Positions 52,050-63,666 of a DNA stretch of 64,000 bases are shown here, piece after piece. Position 1 is the stretch's first letter. Each line of letters opens with the position of its first letter. Source of the DNA: Squalus acanthias (Eukaryota); contig CM059433.1 of NCBI GenBank assembly GCA_030390025.1, positions 17,424,001 through 17,488,000 of the forward strand. Direction: 5' to 3'. A program made the position numbers and the translations under genes. A model generated the notes under the pieces. It saw nothing but the letters and a program-made list of their open reading frames with translations. It searched no databases and was not told where the DNA came from.

Positions 52050-53866
52050 AGCTTATGTCAGATACCAAGAGCTAAATACTGCAGAAAGCCTAGAGGAGTG
52101 TAGCAAGTGCAGGGGTGAAAGTAAAAAGAAAGTTAGGAAAGCAAAGTGGGGGGGGCGGGCATGAAAAAATATTGGTAAGTAAAATCAAGGAAAACCCAAA
52201 GATGTTTGATAAATACACAAAGAGCAAGAGGATAACTAAGGAAAGAGTAAGGCCTATTAGAGACCAAAAAGGTAACCTGTGTGTGAAGGCGGAAGACGGG
52301 GTATGATTCTTAATGAATACTTTGCGTCTGTCTTCACAAAAGAGAGGGATGATGCAGACATTGTAGTTAAGGAGGAGGATTGTGAAATATTAGGTGAGAT
52401 AAACATAGCGAGAGGGGAAATATTAAGGGGCTTAACATCTTTGAAAGTAGATAAATCACCAGGCCTGGATGAAATGTATCCCAGGCTGTTTAGAGAAGCA
52501 AGGGAGGAAATAGCGGAAGCTCTGACCATCATTTTCCAATCCTCTTTGGCTACAGGTGTGGTGCTGGAGGACTGCTCACATTGTACTGTTGTTTGAAAAG
52601 GGAGAAAGCGAAACACCAAGTAATTACAGGCCAGTCAGCCTAACCTTGGTGGTGGGAAAATTATTGGAAAAAATTCTGATGGACAGCATTAATTGTCATT
52701 TAGAAAGGCACGAATTAATCAAAGACAGTCAGCATGGATTTGTTTAGGGAAGGTCGTGCCTGACTAACTTGATTGAATTTTTTGAGGCGGTAACAAAGGG
52801 GGTCGATGAGGGTAACGCGTTTGATTTTAGCAAGGCTTTTGACAAGGTCCCACATGGCAGACTGGTCAGAAAAGTAAAAGCCCATGGAATCCAAGGGAAA
52901 GTGGCAAGTTGATCCAAAATTGGCTCAGTGGCAGGAAGCAAAGGGTAATGTAGGGGGCATGATTAAGAAGTTTGCAGATGATACAAAAATTGGCCGTGTG
53001 GTTGATAGTGAGGAAGAAAGCTGTAGACTGCAGAAGATATCAATGGACTGGTCAGGTGGGTAGAAAAGTGGCATATGGAATTCAATCCAGAGAAGTGTGA
53101 GGTAATGCATTTGGGGAGGGCTAACAAGGCAATGGAATACACAATAAATGGTAGGATACTGAGAAGCGTAGAGGAACAGAGGAACCTTAGAGTACATGTC
53201 CACAGATCCCTGAAGGTAGTAGGACAGATAGATAAGGTGGTTAAGAAGGCATACGGGATACTTTGCTTTACTAGCTGTGGCAGGGAGATCACGCTTGAAC
53301 TGTATAAAACACTAGTTAGGCCACAACTGAAGTACTGCGTATAGTTCTGGTCACCACATTACAGGGAAAAGGTGATTGCACTGGAGAGGGTACAGAGGAG
53401 ATTTCCGAGGATGTTGCCAGGACTGGAGAATTTTAGCTATGAGGAAAGATTGGAAAAGCTGGGGTTGTTTTCTTTGGAACAGAGGAGGCTGAGGGGAGAC
53501 TTAATTCAGGTGTATAAAATATGAAGGGCCTAGATAGAGTGAGTAGGAAGGACCTATTTCTCTTAGCAGAGAGATCAATAACCAGGGGATATAGATTTAA
53601 AGTAATTGGTAGAAGGATTAGAGGGGTGTTGAGGAGAACTTTTTTCACCCAGAGGGTGGTGGGGGTCTGGAACTCACTACCTGAAAGGGTGGTAGAGGCA
53701 GAAACCCTCATCGAATTTAAAAAGTACTTGAATGGGCACTTGAAGTGCTGTAACCTACAGGGCTACGGAGCAAGAGCTGGAAAGTGGGATTAGGCTGGAT
53801 AGCTCTTTTTCGGCCGGCACAGACACAATGGCTTCCTTCTGTGCCATAAATTTCTATGATTCTATG
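52050..53866 (+). mobile_element. Decayed CR1 (older subfamily) with deletions
   Basis: DKSPGLD, NYRPVSLT, SQHGF, MEFNPEKCEVMHLG; tail tttctatgattctatga. Confidence 0.9.
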
Positions 53867-54320
53867 AAAACAAAATAATTAGAACAATTTATTAAAATTA
53901 TCTCCAGGCATGAAATTTTGGCTACTGCCTGCAGTCAATCCAAATGATCTGTAGTGCAGTGAGATGAAGTATTGCAGAATACCTTCAATATTACCAGTAG
54001 GTGCTCTCATTGAGGCTTTGGCTTTTATCATGACATCAAGTTTATTGCATTTCATGGTTGTTTGAACTCCAAGATGCCATTTTTACTTGGATGTGGAATC
54101 TCTTACAAATGCCAAGAAGCCAAGTTAACGATGACCATGAATGGCGAATTAGATAAATACTTGAAGAACATTATTAATGGACATGGGGAACGAGCAGGAA
54201 AATTAGGTTGCAGTAGACTGCTCTGGTAAGAGAGCTAGCATGTGGGCTTAATGATGGGCCCAGTAGCCGCATTCTGTACCAAAATTTCAATAATTTTTCT
54301 GGGCTTTTATTCACTGCTGT

Positions 54321-55744
54321 GGCCAGGATTTTAATCGGAAGGCGGGATGGGAGTGGGGGGCTAGGAAGCGGTCAGGAAACCTGGGAGAACGGGTTTCCCA
54401 CAGGCCCTGCCGAATTTAACGGCAGAGCCTCATTAGCATTTCGAAGCTCTGTTTCCCACCCTCAGCCAGCCAGATGGAGAGGCTGGCTGGCTGTGGGCGG
54501 GTAGCTCAAGAGAGGAGGGAGGGAGGGAGGGATTGGATGGGGGCCGGAGGAGGATCGGGGGTTGGGTGGGCAAGGAACAATGGGGATGGAGCATCAGGGA
54601 GGGAGGGAAGAATGGATTGGAGCTGGACTCCGGAGCATTGGTAAGGAGGGGGGAATGGTTCGGGACTGGAGCATTGGTGGGGAGAAGAATGGATTGAGGC
54701 CAGACTCCGGAGCATCAGCGGGGATGGAGGAATGGCTCAGGACTGGAGCATTGGTGGGGGGTGGGGGGAAGAATGGATTGAGGCCAGACTCCGGAGCTTC
54801 GGGGAGGAGGGAAGAATAGATCGGGGGAGGAAAGAATGGATCGGGGCCGAACTCCAGATCATTGGGGGAGAGGGAAGAACGGATCGGGGCCGGAGCATCA
54901 AAGGGGTGGGGTGGGATTGGTGCCGGCCTAAGGATCATCGGTCGGGGGGGGAGAGAGGAATGGAACGGCCTGAGGATCATCGGTGGGGGGGGAGAGAGGA
55001 ATGGAACGGCCTAAGGATCATCGGTGGGGGGGAGAGAGAAATGGAACGGCCTGAGGATCATCGGTGGGGGGGAGAGAGGAATGGAACGGCCTGAAGATCA
55101 TCAGTGGGGGGGAGAGAGGAATGGAACGGCCTGAGGATCATCGGTGGGGGGGAGAGAGGAATGGAACAGCCTAAGGATCATTGGTGGGGGGGGAGAGAGG
55201 AATGGAACGGCCTGAGGATCATCGGTAGGGGGGGAGAGAGGAATGGAACGGCCTGAGGATCATCGGTGGGGGGGAGAGAGGAATGGAACAGCCTGAGGAT
55301 CATCGGTGGGGGGGGAGAGAGGAATGGAACGGCCTGAGGATCACATCCGGGAAAGCGATCAGAGGCCTCATTGGGGGATCGGAGGCCTCGTGGGGGGAAC
55401 CGGAGGCCTCCTGCGGGAGTGGGTGAGGCAGGAACGTTGGATCCAGGAGGTAAGTGTAAAGGCACTTATCTCCTGGATCCAGCAGTCCTGGCTTTACTTT
55501 AGCTGGCGGGTTCTCAGAGGCCTGAGAAACCCAACTAGCCACAGTAAAATTTGAAATGCTGGTTAAATCTGAGGCACGCCAGCCTCACTATAATATCCTG
55601 GGAGCGAGTTGGCTGCCCGTCCCTCTGTCCCGCCTCCGTTAAAACCGGAAGTGGGGCGGGTTGGAGGTGGGTTGTGGTTGGGATTCAGTCTTTAACCTCC
55701 CACCCGATCCCAACCCACCCGTTTTTGGGGGTTAAATTTCCCCC
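54321..55744. mobile_element. Harbinger-type MITE with expanded G-rich minisatellite
   Basis: TIR ggccaggatttt / aaatttccccc. Arms are collinear with 30558-31470. Confidence 0.82.
54925..55343. repeat. ~40-41-bp G-rich tandem repeat, about 10 copies (ggaatggaacggcctgaggatcatcggtggggggggagaga)
   Basis: Periodicity is directly visible; unit length varies with the G-run. Confidence 0.95.
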
Positions 55745-56257
55745 TAAAGTGTCTGTTCAACAAAAATGCATACATTGGAGTTTGTGGCGGTCAGTTTTAT
55801 TTAGTTGCAGTTGCCACACGTGGCCCTGTTATCACTGCAAATCTCTCGAGTGATAATCTGCAACACCTTGCCAGAAAATAGCAGTCAGTGTATAATTCAT
55901 TAGCAGCTTGTTGTTGATGTTGCAAAGTATTAATATCCTGTTGTGAATGTCAATGTGCATGAGGGAAATTGGTCATCGCCAGGGAAAATACATGAAAAAA
56001 ACTGAATAGAGAACTTACAAGCAAATTAAATAACTCAAAGCTGGTAGATGGAAGACAGTAAATTCACAACTGTAATCTTTGCTGCTGTTATTCGTGACAT
56101 GAACCAAACCCTGTCAATTAGATTACAACCTATTAACTCACTTCCAGATATCCAGTATTTTATGGCTCATGCTTTCTTTTCTCAGAGTATTTAATTTATT
56201 TATCAGAGTCCAATAAGTTTTCAACCAAAGGCAGAAGAAAAAATGGGGGCTATGAAA

Positions 56258-56510
56258 GAATTCGTAAAATGATACAGCACAGAAGGAGGCCAATCGACTA
56301 ATCGTGCCTCTTTGAAAGATCTATCCAATAAGTCCCACTCCCCTGCCCTTTTCCCACAGCCCTTGCAAATTTCCTCCAGTCAAGTATTTATCCAATGCCC
56401 TTTGAAAAGTTGCTGTTGAATCTGCTTCCACCACCCTTTCAGGCAGGGCATTCCAGGTCGTAACAACTCGCTGCATAAAAAAAAAAACTCCTCATCTCCC
56501 CCCTGGTTCT
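56258..56510 (-). mobile_element. CR1 3' end fragment
   Basis: Reverse complement of cgagttgtt..tggaatgccctgcctgaaagggtggtggaagcag plus 3'UTR. Confidence 0.75.
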
Positions 56511-58241
56511 GACCCACCTGAGTATTGTATATTATGTACACTCTGGGGCCATAGCTTCAGAGTTGGTTCCCAAATGTACTGATATGGTAATGTTTGAACA
56601 AAATGCTCTGTTTGGCTGCAGTTCAATGAAAGGTGTGAGAATGCAGTTGAAGTGTCTGCTTTGTGAAATGTGGAATGGCCTGGCACAATTTTAGATTTGC
56701 AACATATGTCGAAGTGTAAAACTTATCTCTGTGTACAATCTACAGAAAGCATTGAATCCCAAGGTATTCTGTATTATACGGTGCAATAGAAACATATATT
56801 TCCAAATCATTTATTTTTTTTTTACTGAAAATCATTGTTATTGATGAATGCAGAATGAATGTCTCTAATGGATACAGGCAATTAATTTCATTTGTAGTGG
56901 TGGAGCAGGGTTAATATGTTAATGACAAGAATAAGTGCGTGGGAACTGTGATCCAAGTATTACATTGATTTTATAATAGTGATTGTGAATTAATTTTTGA
57001 CTCCATTATCCATACCAGATGTTTTCGGCTCATATTTTGTTGCACATGACTAGTTATGATCCAGGTTGACATGCCTTTGTGCAGGGATTCGATTATTTAA
57101 AAAAATGATTGCATGGGTTACTTCCTCTCCACTCCCCAACACTCCACTCCTTTGTTGCTGAGTAACCAACTTATTTGGACACACTTTAATGGGATGGAAG
57201 GAGGGCCTGTGGACAGGTTCCTCTGTTACACTGTCTCTTTCAAGTAAACTTGGCCAAGGCTAGTGTTTGACATCAGTTTGACAATGACTTCTTGATGTGT
57301 CATGAAGTGATTCACATCTGTCATGAGAAGTTAACTTCTGTCTGAAAGTTTGACAAAAATATGGCATGTGTATTTTATTTATAGCAATAGTTTTCTGTAC
57401 AGCTTTGATCTTTCTTGGATTTTAATGAAGTAACTATTTTTGTCACTCTTTTTTTCTTTCCCCCTTTTGTTTATTAATCCTCTTTTTAAATTTCTGCCAG
57501 TGACTCGTCCTGGAGTACGGTTGCTCAAGCAGTGGTGGGCCTCCAATGCATCACCAAGTCGCTATTATTTACGTGTGAGCCTGAATAGCGATTGCTGACA
57601 GGTTTATTATTTGACACTGGATGGCCATCAGAGCAGACGCTTATCCTGACCTAACACAGCATCCCTGCGCACACACTCCCAGCAGGAGTCACTTCAGTGA
57701 TCAGCAGGATCCGGATCAAGTTTTCCTCTCCTTAGGAATACTAAGGCCAGTTGCAGTGCCACTGCTGCCTCAGTTAAGATCAGCCAATTGAGCATAGTCG
57801 AGCGATTAGAACGCGAGACCCTCCTGTTTTATTTGATTCAGTACCACAATAAGCAGACTTGGTTAATTTACTTAGTATATTTTCTTCATACCTGACAATT
57901 AGCAAGATGTGCATATAGGATTCCTATATTTAAATTGATGTTTAGCAGGAAAGAAGGATTCCAAGACAAATCTGCATATTAGATCATTTGTTTTCCAGTT
58001 AGAGATAGTGCATCTCTGCCTAGGAACAAGTGCTTCATGAATAAAAAAAAATCTGTAAAATTCGAAAAAGAAAGCTGGCAAATTTCAGATGCAGCAAACA
58101 ACTAATTTTCCGGCAGAAGAATTTAGCAAGTTTAGCACTTCTAAATATTTCGACTGCAGTCGCGATTGGTCTGTGATTTCAATGTGATGGAAATACACTC
58201 ACATGTATAATGGGTGTATTGGTTGCAAGGTGTATGTGTGG

Positions 58242-59251
58242 AGATCAGAAATTGCTGGAAGGCTAAGGACAAATTAACGGCACCCTCCGTTATTAGGTCG
58301 CAAAAAATCCAGCCGTTTGTGGCGAGGAAGAGATACCAATGAGTTGCGATTCTCCACAAATTGCCGGATGATTTGCCGTTCTCTGCCGTTATCCTCGACA
58401 AAACCGAAAAAATTTGCAACCTCTCCGTGAGACTCTCCACTGAAATTAATTGCATGTCAGGAAATTGCTGGATTTACGGCATTACTGCGAATTAATCTTG
58501 CTGCTGCCATTTAGAGCTGGCAATTCATGTGTAAGGACCCTGTTAATGACGTGATTAACGGTCCCGACGCGACATTCAACCTTGGAGGCCCAGAAAGGGA
58601 ACAAATTAAGCTGCGGAGTCTCACTCCAGCAGGTAGTGATTTGTTCCGAGAGGTTTTTAAAACATTTTTTTTTTAATCTGTCTTGGCACTATTTTTGTGC
58701 CAATCATGACATCCACACCCCTGTTAGTGTCGGAAGGCAATCATTTTCAGGATGCAAAGCTGTTTTGACACTCAGAAATGCAAATTAGATAGATTTCCTT
58801 TCAGAAAATAATTTTGGGATACAGTATATGAGTAAGAATGTTTGTACATTCTGCACACCTACCCTGCCATTGACTCATTGTTAACACCTCAAGGACCAAT
58901 ACAACAATTCCCAAACACAACTGGGCTACAATGTCCTCCTCTTCGGCTAGTTGTTTTTAATGTTTTTCCTGCTTTTCCTTTCTGTCTCTTTTTTCAGTCG
59001 CTTCATCTACTCTCTTTCCCTCTCCTTATATCTCTTTCTGTATTTAGTTTGACTCTAATTCACCCTATTTCCTTCTCTGTCGTGCACGACGTTCATGATC
59101 TCCCAGATGCGACGATGACATCACCGCGCCGTTGCCAATTTGCATTTCCAGCAATTTGCAGCACCAATATAGTGCGATCTGATGGGTGAGAAAAAAAAGT
59201 CCAATTCACGTCACTCGCCGTGGGATGCGCCAGTCCAGCAATTTCTGGGCC
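58242..59251. mobile_element. Harbinger-type MITE (family of 44918-49672, inverted)
   Basis: TIR cagaaattgctgga / tccagcaatttctg, with internal homology to the 44918 pieces. Confidence 0.75.
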
Positions 59252-59776
59252 ATTTAGATGCTTGTCTCTTGTCTCACAATGCATACTTCCTAGCACTTGG
59301 TTGTCCTTTCACGATGTTTGTGTTAAGTGGGGCGTTCTCTGCTCTGGTGGAGAGAGCTGCAGGATCATGCTACATAGCCAGAGGCAAGTACATCCGATTA
59401 CTGCTCTTAAGGTATTGTACAATACTCGATCAGCTCCGATGGACGGGTCACATTGTCCGCATGCCCGATACGAGACTCCCAAAACAAGCGCTTCACTCGG
59501 AGCTCCGGCACGGCAAGAGAGCCCCAGGTGGGCAGAGGAAACACTTCAAGGACATCCTCAAAGCCTCCTTGAAAAAGTGTAACATCCCCACTGACACCTG
59601 GGAATCCCTGGCCCAAGACCGCACAAAGTGGAGGAGAAGCATCCGGGAAGGCGCCGAATAGTTTAAAAAGGAATAAGAAGAGTACAGTATACATTGGTCT
59701 AAGTAAGCTTCGGGAAAACAAAAGTCAATAAATAAACTAAAACTAGAAAATTAAAAAGTAATATAAGGGTTAAGTC

Positions 59777-60724
59777 ATGGCAGTAGAGCTCGGACTTGTG
59801 TCATGCTCCTCCTGTAACATGTGGGAAATCAGGGACGCTTCCTGTGTCCCTGACAACCATGTGTGCGGGAAGTGTGTCCAGCTGCAGCTCATGTGGGACC
59901 GCATGACGGCCCTTGAGCTGCGGATGGACTCACTTTGGAGCATCCACGATTCTGAGAGGGTTGTGGATAGCACATTTAGTGAGTTGGTCACACCGCAGGT
60001 TAAGGCCAGCGTAGATAGTACATGGGTGACCAAAAGGCAGAGCAAGGGCAGGAAGGTAGTGCAGAAATCCCCTGGGGTTGTCTCCCTTAGCAACAGGTTC
60101 ACCGCCTTAGGTGCTGTTGTCGGGGGGGATGACTCATCGGGGGAAGGCACCAGCAGCCAGGCTCATGGCACCATGACTGGCTCTGTTGCAAAGAAGGGAG
60201 GGAAAAAGAGTGGCAGGGCTATAGTAATAGGGGATTCGATTGTAAGGGGAATAGATAGGGGTTTCTGTGGTCGCGACCGAGACTCCAGGATGGTATGTTG
60301 CCTCCCTGGTGCAAGGGTCAAGGATGTCTCGGCGCGGGTGCAGAACATTCTGGAGGGGGAGGGGGAACAGCCAGTTGTCGTGATACATGTTGGTACCAAC
60401 GACGTAGCTAAAAAAAGGGAAGAGGTCCTACAAGTAGAATTTAGGGAGTTAGGAGCCAAGCTAAAAAGTAGGACCTCGAAGGTAGTAATCTCTGGATTAC
60501 TACCAGTGCCACGTGCTAGTAAGAGTACAGAGAACAGGATAGTTAGGCTAAATACGTGGCTTGAGCAGTGGTGTAAGAGGGAGGGTTTTAAATTTTTGAG
60601 GCATTGGAACCAGTTTTGTGGTAGGTGTGACCTATACAAAAGGGACGGTCTACACCTGTGCAAAGATGGAACTGATGTTCTCGGGGTAATTTTTGATAAA
60701 GCAGTTCGCGAGCATTTAAACTAG
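59777..60724 (+). CDS. CR1 ORF1: zinc finger / leucine zipper + SGNH esterase domain
   Basis: CSSC..CGKC, heptad LMWDRMTALELRMDSL, IGDS, CLPGA, HVGTND, DGLH. Confidence 0.93.
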   Translation: MAVELGLVSCSSCNMWEIRDASCVPDNHVCGKCVQLQLMWDRMTALELRMDSLWSIHDSERVVDSTFSELVTPQVKASVDSTWVTKRQSKGRKVVQKSPGVVSLSNRFTALGAVVGGDDSSGEGTSSQAHGTMTGSVAKKGGKKSGRAIVIGDSIVRGIDRGFCGRDRDSRMVCCLPGARVKDVSARVQNILEGEGEQPVVVIHVGTNDVAKKREEVLQVEFRELGAKLKSRTSKVVISGLLPVPRASKSTENRIVRLNTWLEQWCKREGFKFLRHWNQFCGRCDLYKRDGLHLCKDGTDVLGVIFDKAVREHLN

Positions 60725-60798
60725 TATGGCAGGGGGCTAGAAACCTATGTAGTGAAATAGAGGAAAGTGAAAGGCAGACAGAAATAAATGGTAAAAGG

Positions 60799-63666
60799 GT
60801 GAGGAACAAAAAACAAAGGGCCAAACTAATTCATAAAAGATGTGAGCATAAAAAAAGCCTGAGGATTTTATACCTTAATGCGAGAAGCATCAGGAACAAG
60901 GTAGATGAATTAGCTGTGGAAATAGAGGTTAATAATTATGATCTAATTGGGATTACGGAAACATGGTTGCAGGGTGAGCAGGGCTGGGAGCTTAACATAC
61001 AGGGGTATTCAGTATTTAGGAAGGATCGACAAAAAAGAAAGGGAGGAGGGGTAGCATTGCTGGTAAAAGAGGGGATAAATGCAATTGAAAGGAAGGATAT
61101 TAACTCAGTTAATACAGAATCTATATGGGTGGAGCTAAGAAATAGCGAGGGGCGAAAAACATTAATAGGAGTGGTATATAGGCCTCCAAATAGTAAAATA
61201 GAGGTTGGGGAGGGCATCACGAGGGAAATTAGAGAAGCGTGCAATAAGAGCACAGCTGTCATCATAGGTGACTTTAACTTACATATAGATTGGACTAGCC
61301 TAATCAGTAAAAATAATGAGGAGGAGGAATTCCTTGAGTGTTTAAGGGATGGTTATCTGGATCAATATGTCGAGGAACCAACTCGGGAACAGGCTATATT
61401 GGACTGGGTACTGTGCAATGAGAAGGGACTAATTAGTAATCTTGTTGTACGGGGACCCTTGGGTCAGAGCGATCATAACATGATCGATTTCTCACTCGAA
61501 ATGGAGAGCGAAGAAATTGACTCAGAGACTAAGGTCCTGAATTTAAACAAGGGGAATTATGATGCCATTAGACGGGAACTGAGTAGGTCTGATTGGACAA
61601 CGTTCCTGGGAGGACTGGAGGTAGATAAACAATGGCAAGCATTTAAAGATAGAATGACAAAATTGCAAAAATTGTTTATACCAATCTGGCATAAAAGGAA
61701 ATCTAAAAAGGTGACTCAACCGTGGATAACAGGGGAAATTAGAGACAGCATAAAATCCAAAGATAGGGCGTATAAATTAGCCAAAAAATGCGCCAGAGCG
61801 GAAGATTGGGAACAGTTTAAGATAGAGCAAAGGAGGACAAAGGGCTTAATCAAGAGGGGCAAAATAGCTTACGAAAGCAAGCTGGTGGAAAATATAAAAA
61901 CTAACTCCAAAAGCTTTTATAAGTATATCAAGAGGAAAAGACTGGTGAAAACCAAAGTTGGTCCATTGCAGTCAGATACGGGGGAATATATAACGGGAAA
62001 TAAGGAAATGGCAGACCAACTAAATGCATACTTTGGGTCAGTCTTTACGAAGGAAGACACAAAAAACCTCCCTGGGATATCGGGAAAAATAGGGACATTG
62101 GCAAAGGAGGAACTGACGCAAATCAATATCTCTAAGGATATGGTGTTAAGGAAGCTAAAGGGATTGAAGGTGGACAAATCCCCAGGGCCTGATAACATGC
62201 ATCCTAGGGTACTGAAGGAGGTGGCCCTAGAGATAGCGGATGCACTAAGTATGATTTTTCAGAATTCATTAGACTCGGGAACGGTGCCCATGGATTGGAG
62301 GGTAGCTAACGTTACCCCACTATTCAAAAAGGGGGGTAGGGAAAAAGCAGGTAATTACAGACCTGTAAGCCTTACATCAGTTGTGGGCAAAATGCTGGAG
62401 TCCATCATTAAGGATGAAATAGCGGAGCACTTAGCAAATGGGGACAGGATAGGACAGAGTCAACATGGATTTACAAAGGGTAAATCGTGCTTGACGAATC
62501 TATTGGAATTTTTTGAGGGAGTAACTGGTAAAATAGATGGGGGAGAGCCAGTAGATGTGGTGTACCTGGACTTCCAAAAGGCCTTCGACAAGGTCCCACA
62601 TAAAAGATTAGCATGGAAAATTGAAGCTCATGGGATAAAGGGGAAAGTATTGACGTGGATAGAGAACTGGCTGTCAGATAGAAAACAGAGAGTTGGAATA
62701 AACGGCTCATTTTCTGAATGGCAGGCAGTAACAAGTGGGGTACCACAGGGATCTGTCCTGGGTCCCCAGCTGTTCACAATTTACATTAATGACCTGGATC
62801 AGGGAGTCGGATGCAGCATTTCCAAATTTGCAGACGACACTAAACTAGGAGGGGGGGTGGGCTCAGAGGAGGAGACCAGGAAGTTCCAGAGCGATTTGGA
62901 CAGACTGGGTGATTGGGCGGATAAATGGCAGATGCACTATAATGTGGACAAGTGCGAAGTTATCCACCTTGGGTGCAGGAGCGGGAGGGCAAATTATTAT
63001 TTAAATGGCAATAAATTGGGAGAGGGGGAAGTACAGAGAGACCTGGGTGTTCTTGTACACCAGTCACTGAAGGCGAGCATGCAGGTGCAACAGGCGGTCA
63101 AGAAGGCAAACGGTATGCTGGCCTTCATAGCAAAAGGGTTGGAATACAGGAACAGGGATACCTTGCTGCAGCTGTACAGGGCACTGGTGAGACCACACCT
63201 CGAGTACTGTGTACAGTTTTGGTCGCCTCATCTGAGGAAAGATGTTCTTGCCATGGAGGGGGTGCAGCGGCGATTCACCAGGCTGATACCAGGAATGGCG
63301 GGATTGACCTATGAGGAGAGACTATGTAGTTTAGGGATGTACACACTGGAGTTTAGAAGATTGAGAGGGGACCTCATAGAAGTGTATAAAATTCTGACAG
63401 GTCTAGACAGACTAGATGCAGAAGGAATGTTTCCCTTGGCGGGTGAGAACAGAACTAGAGGACATAATTTAAGGATAAGGGCTAAACCATTTAGGACAGA
63501 AATGAGGGGGAATTTCTTCACTCAGAGGGTGGTGAACCTGTGGAACTCATTGCCACAGAGGGCAGTGTACGCCAGCTCATTAAATATATTTAAGAGGGAA
63601 TTAGATATATTTCTACAGGCAAAAGGGGTTAAGGGTTACGGAGAGAAGGCGGGGACGGGATACTGA
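60799..63666 (+). CDS. CR1 ORF2: APE endonuclease + reverse transcriptase (frame open from 60715 or earlier; no AUG before 61480)
   Basis: All APE and RT motifs are intact over 955 codons. Confidence 0.95.
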   Translation: MRNKKQRAKLIHKRCEHKKSLRILYLNARSIRNKVDELAVEIEVNNYDLIGITETWLQGEQGWELNIQGYSVFRKDRQKRKGGGVALLVKEGINAIERKDINSVNTESIWVELRNSEGRKTLIGVVYRPPNSKIEVGEGITREIREACNKSTAVIIGDFNLHIDWTSLISKNNEEEEFLECLRDGYLDQYVEEPTREQAILDWVLCNEKGLISNLVVRGPLGQSDHNMIDFSLEMESEEIDSETKVLNLNKGNYDAIRRELSRSDWTTFLGGLEVDKQWQAFKDRMTKLQKLFIPIWHKRKSKKVTQPWITGEIRDSIKSKDRAYKLAKKCARAEDWEQFKIEQRRTKGLIKRGKIAYESKLVENIKTNSKSFYKYIKRKRLVKTKVGPLQSDTGEYITGNKEMADQLNAYFGSVFTKEDTKNLPGISGKIGTLAKEELTQINISKDMVLRKLKGLKVDKSPGPDNMHPRVLKEVALEIADALSMIFQNSLDSGTVPMDWRVANVTPLFKKGGREKAGNYRPVSLTSVVGKMLESIIKDEIAEHLANGDRIGQSQHGFTKGKSCLTNLLEFFEGVTGKIDGGEPVDVVYLDFQKAFDKVPHKRLAWKIEAHGIKGKVLTWIENWLSDRKQRVGINGSFSEWQAVTSGVPQGSVLGPQLFTIYINDLDQGVGCSISKFADDTKLGGGVGSEEETRKFQSDLDRLGDWADKWQMHYNVDKCEVIHLGCRSGRANYYLNGNKLGEGEVQRDLGVLVHQSLKASMQVQQAVKKANGMLAFIAKGLEYRNRDTLLQLYRALVRPHLEYCVQFWSPHLRKDVLAMEGVQRRFTRLIPGMAGLTYEERLCSLGMYTLEFRRLRGDLIEVYKILTGLDRLDAEGMFPLAGENRTRGHNLRIRAKPFRTEMRGNFFTQRVVNLWNSLPQRAVYASSLNIFKRELDIFLQAKGVKGYGEKAGTGY

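Noticed and set aside
54506..55554. Pro/Gly-rich repetitive ORFs
   Set aside because: They are products of the G-rich minisatellite in a MITE.
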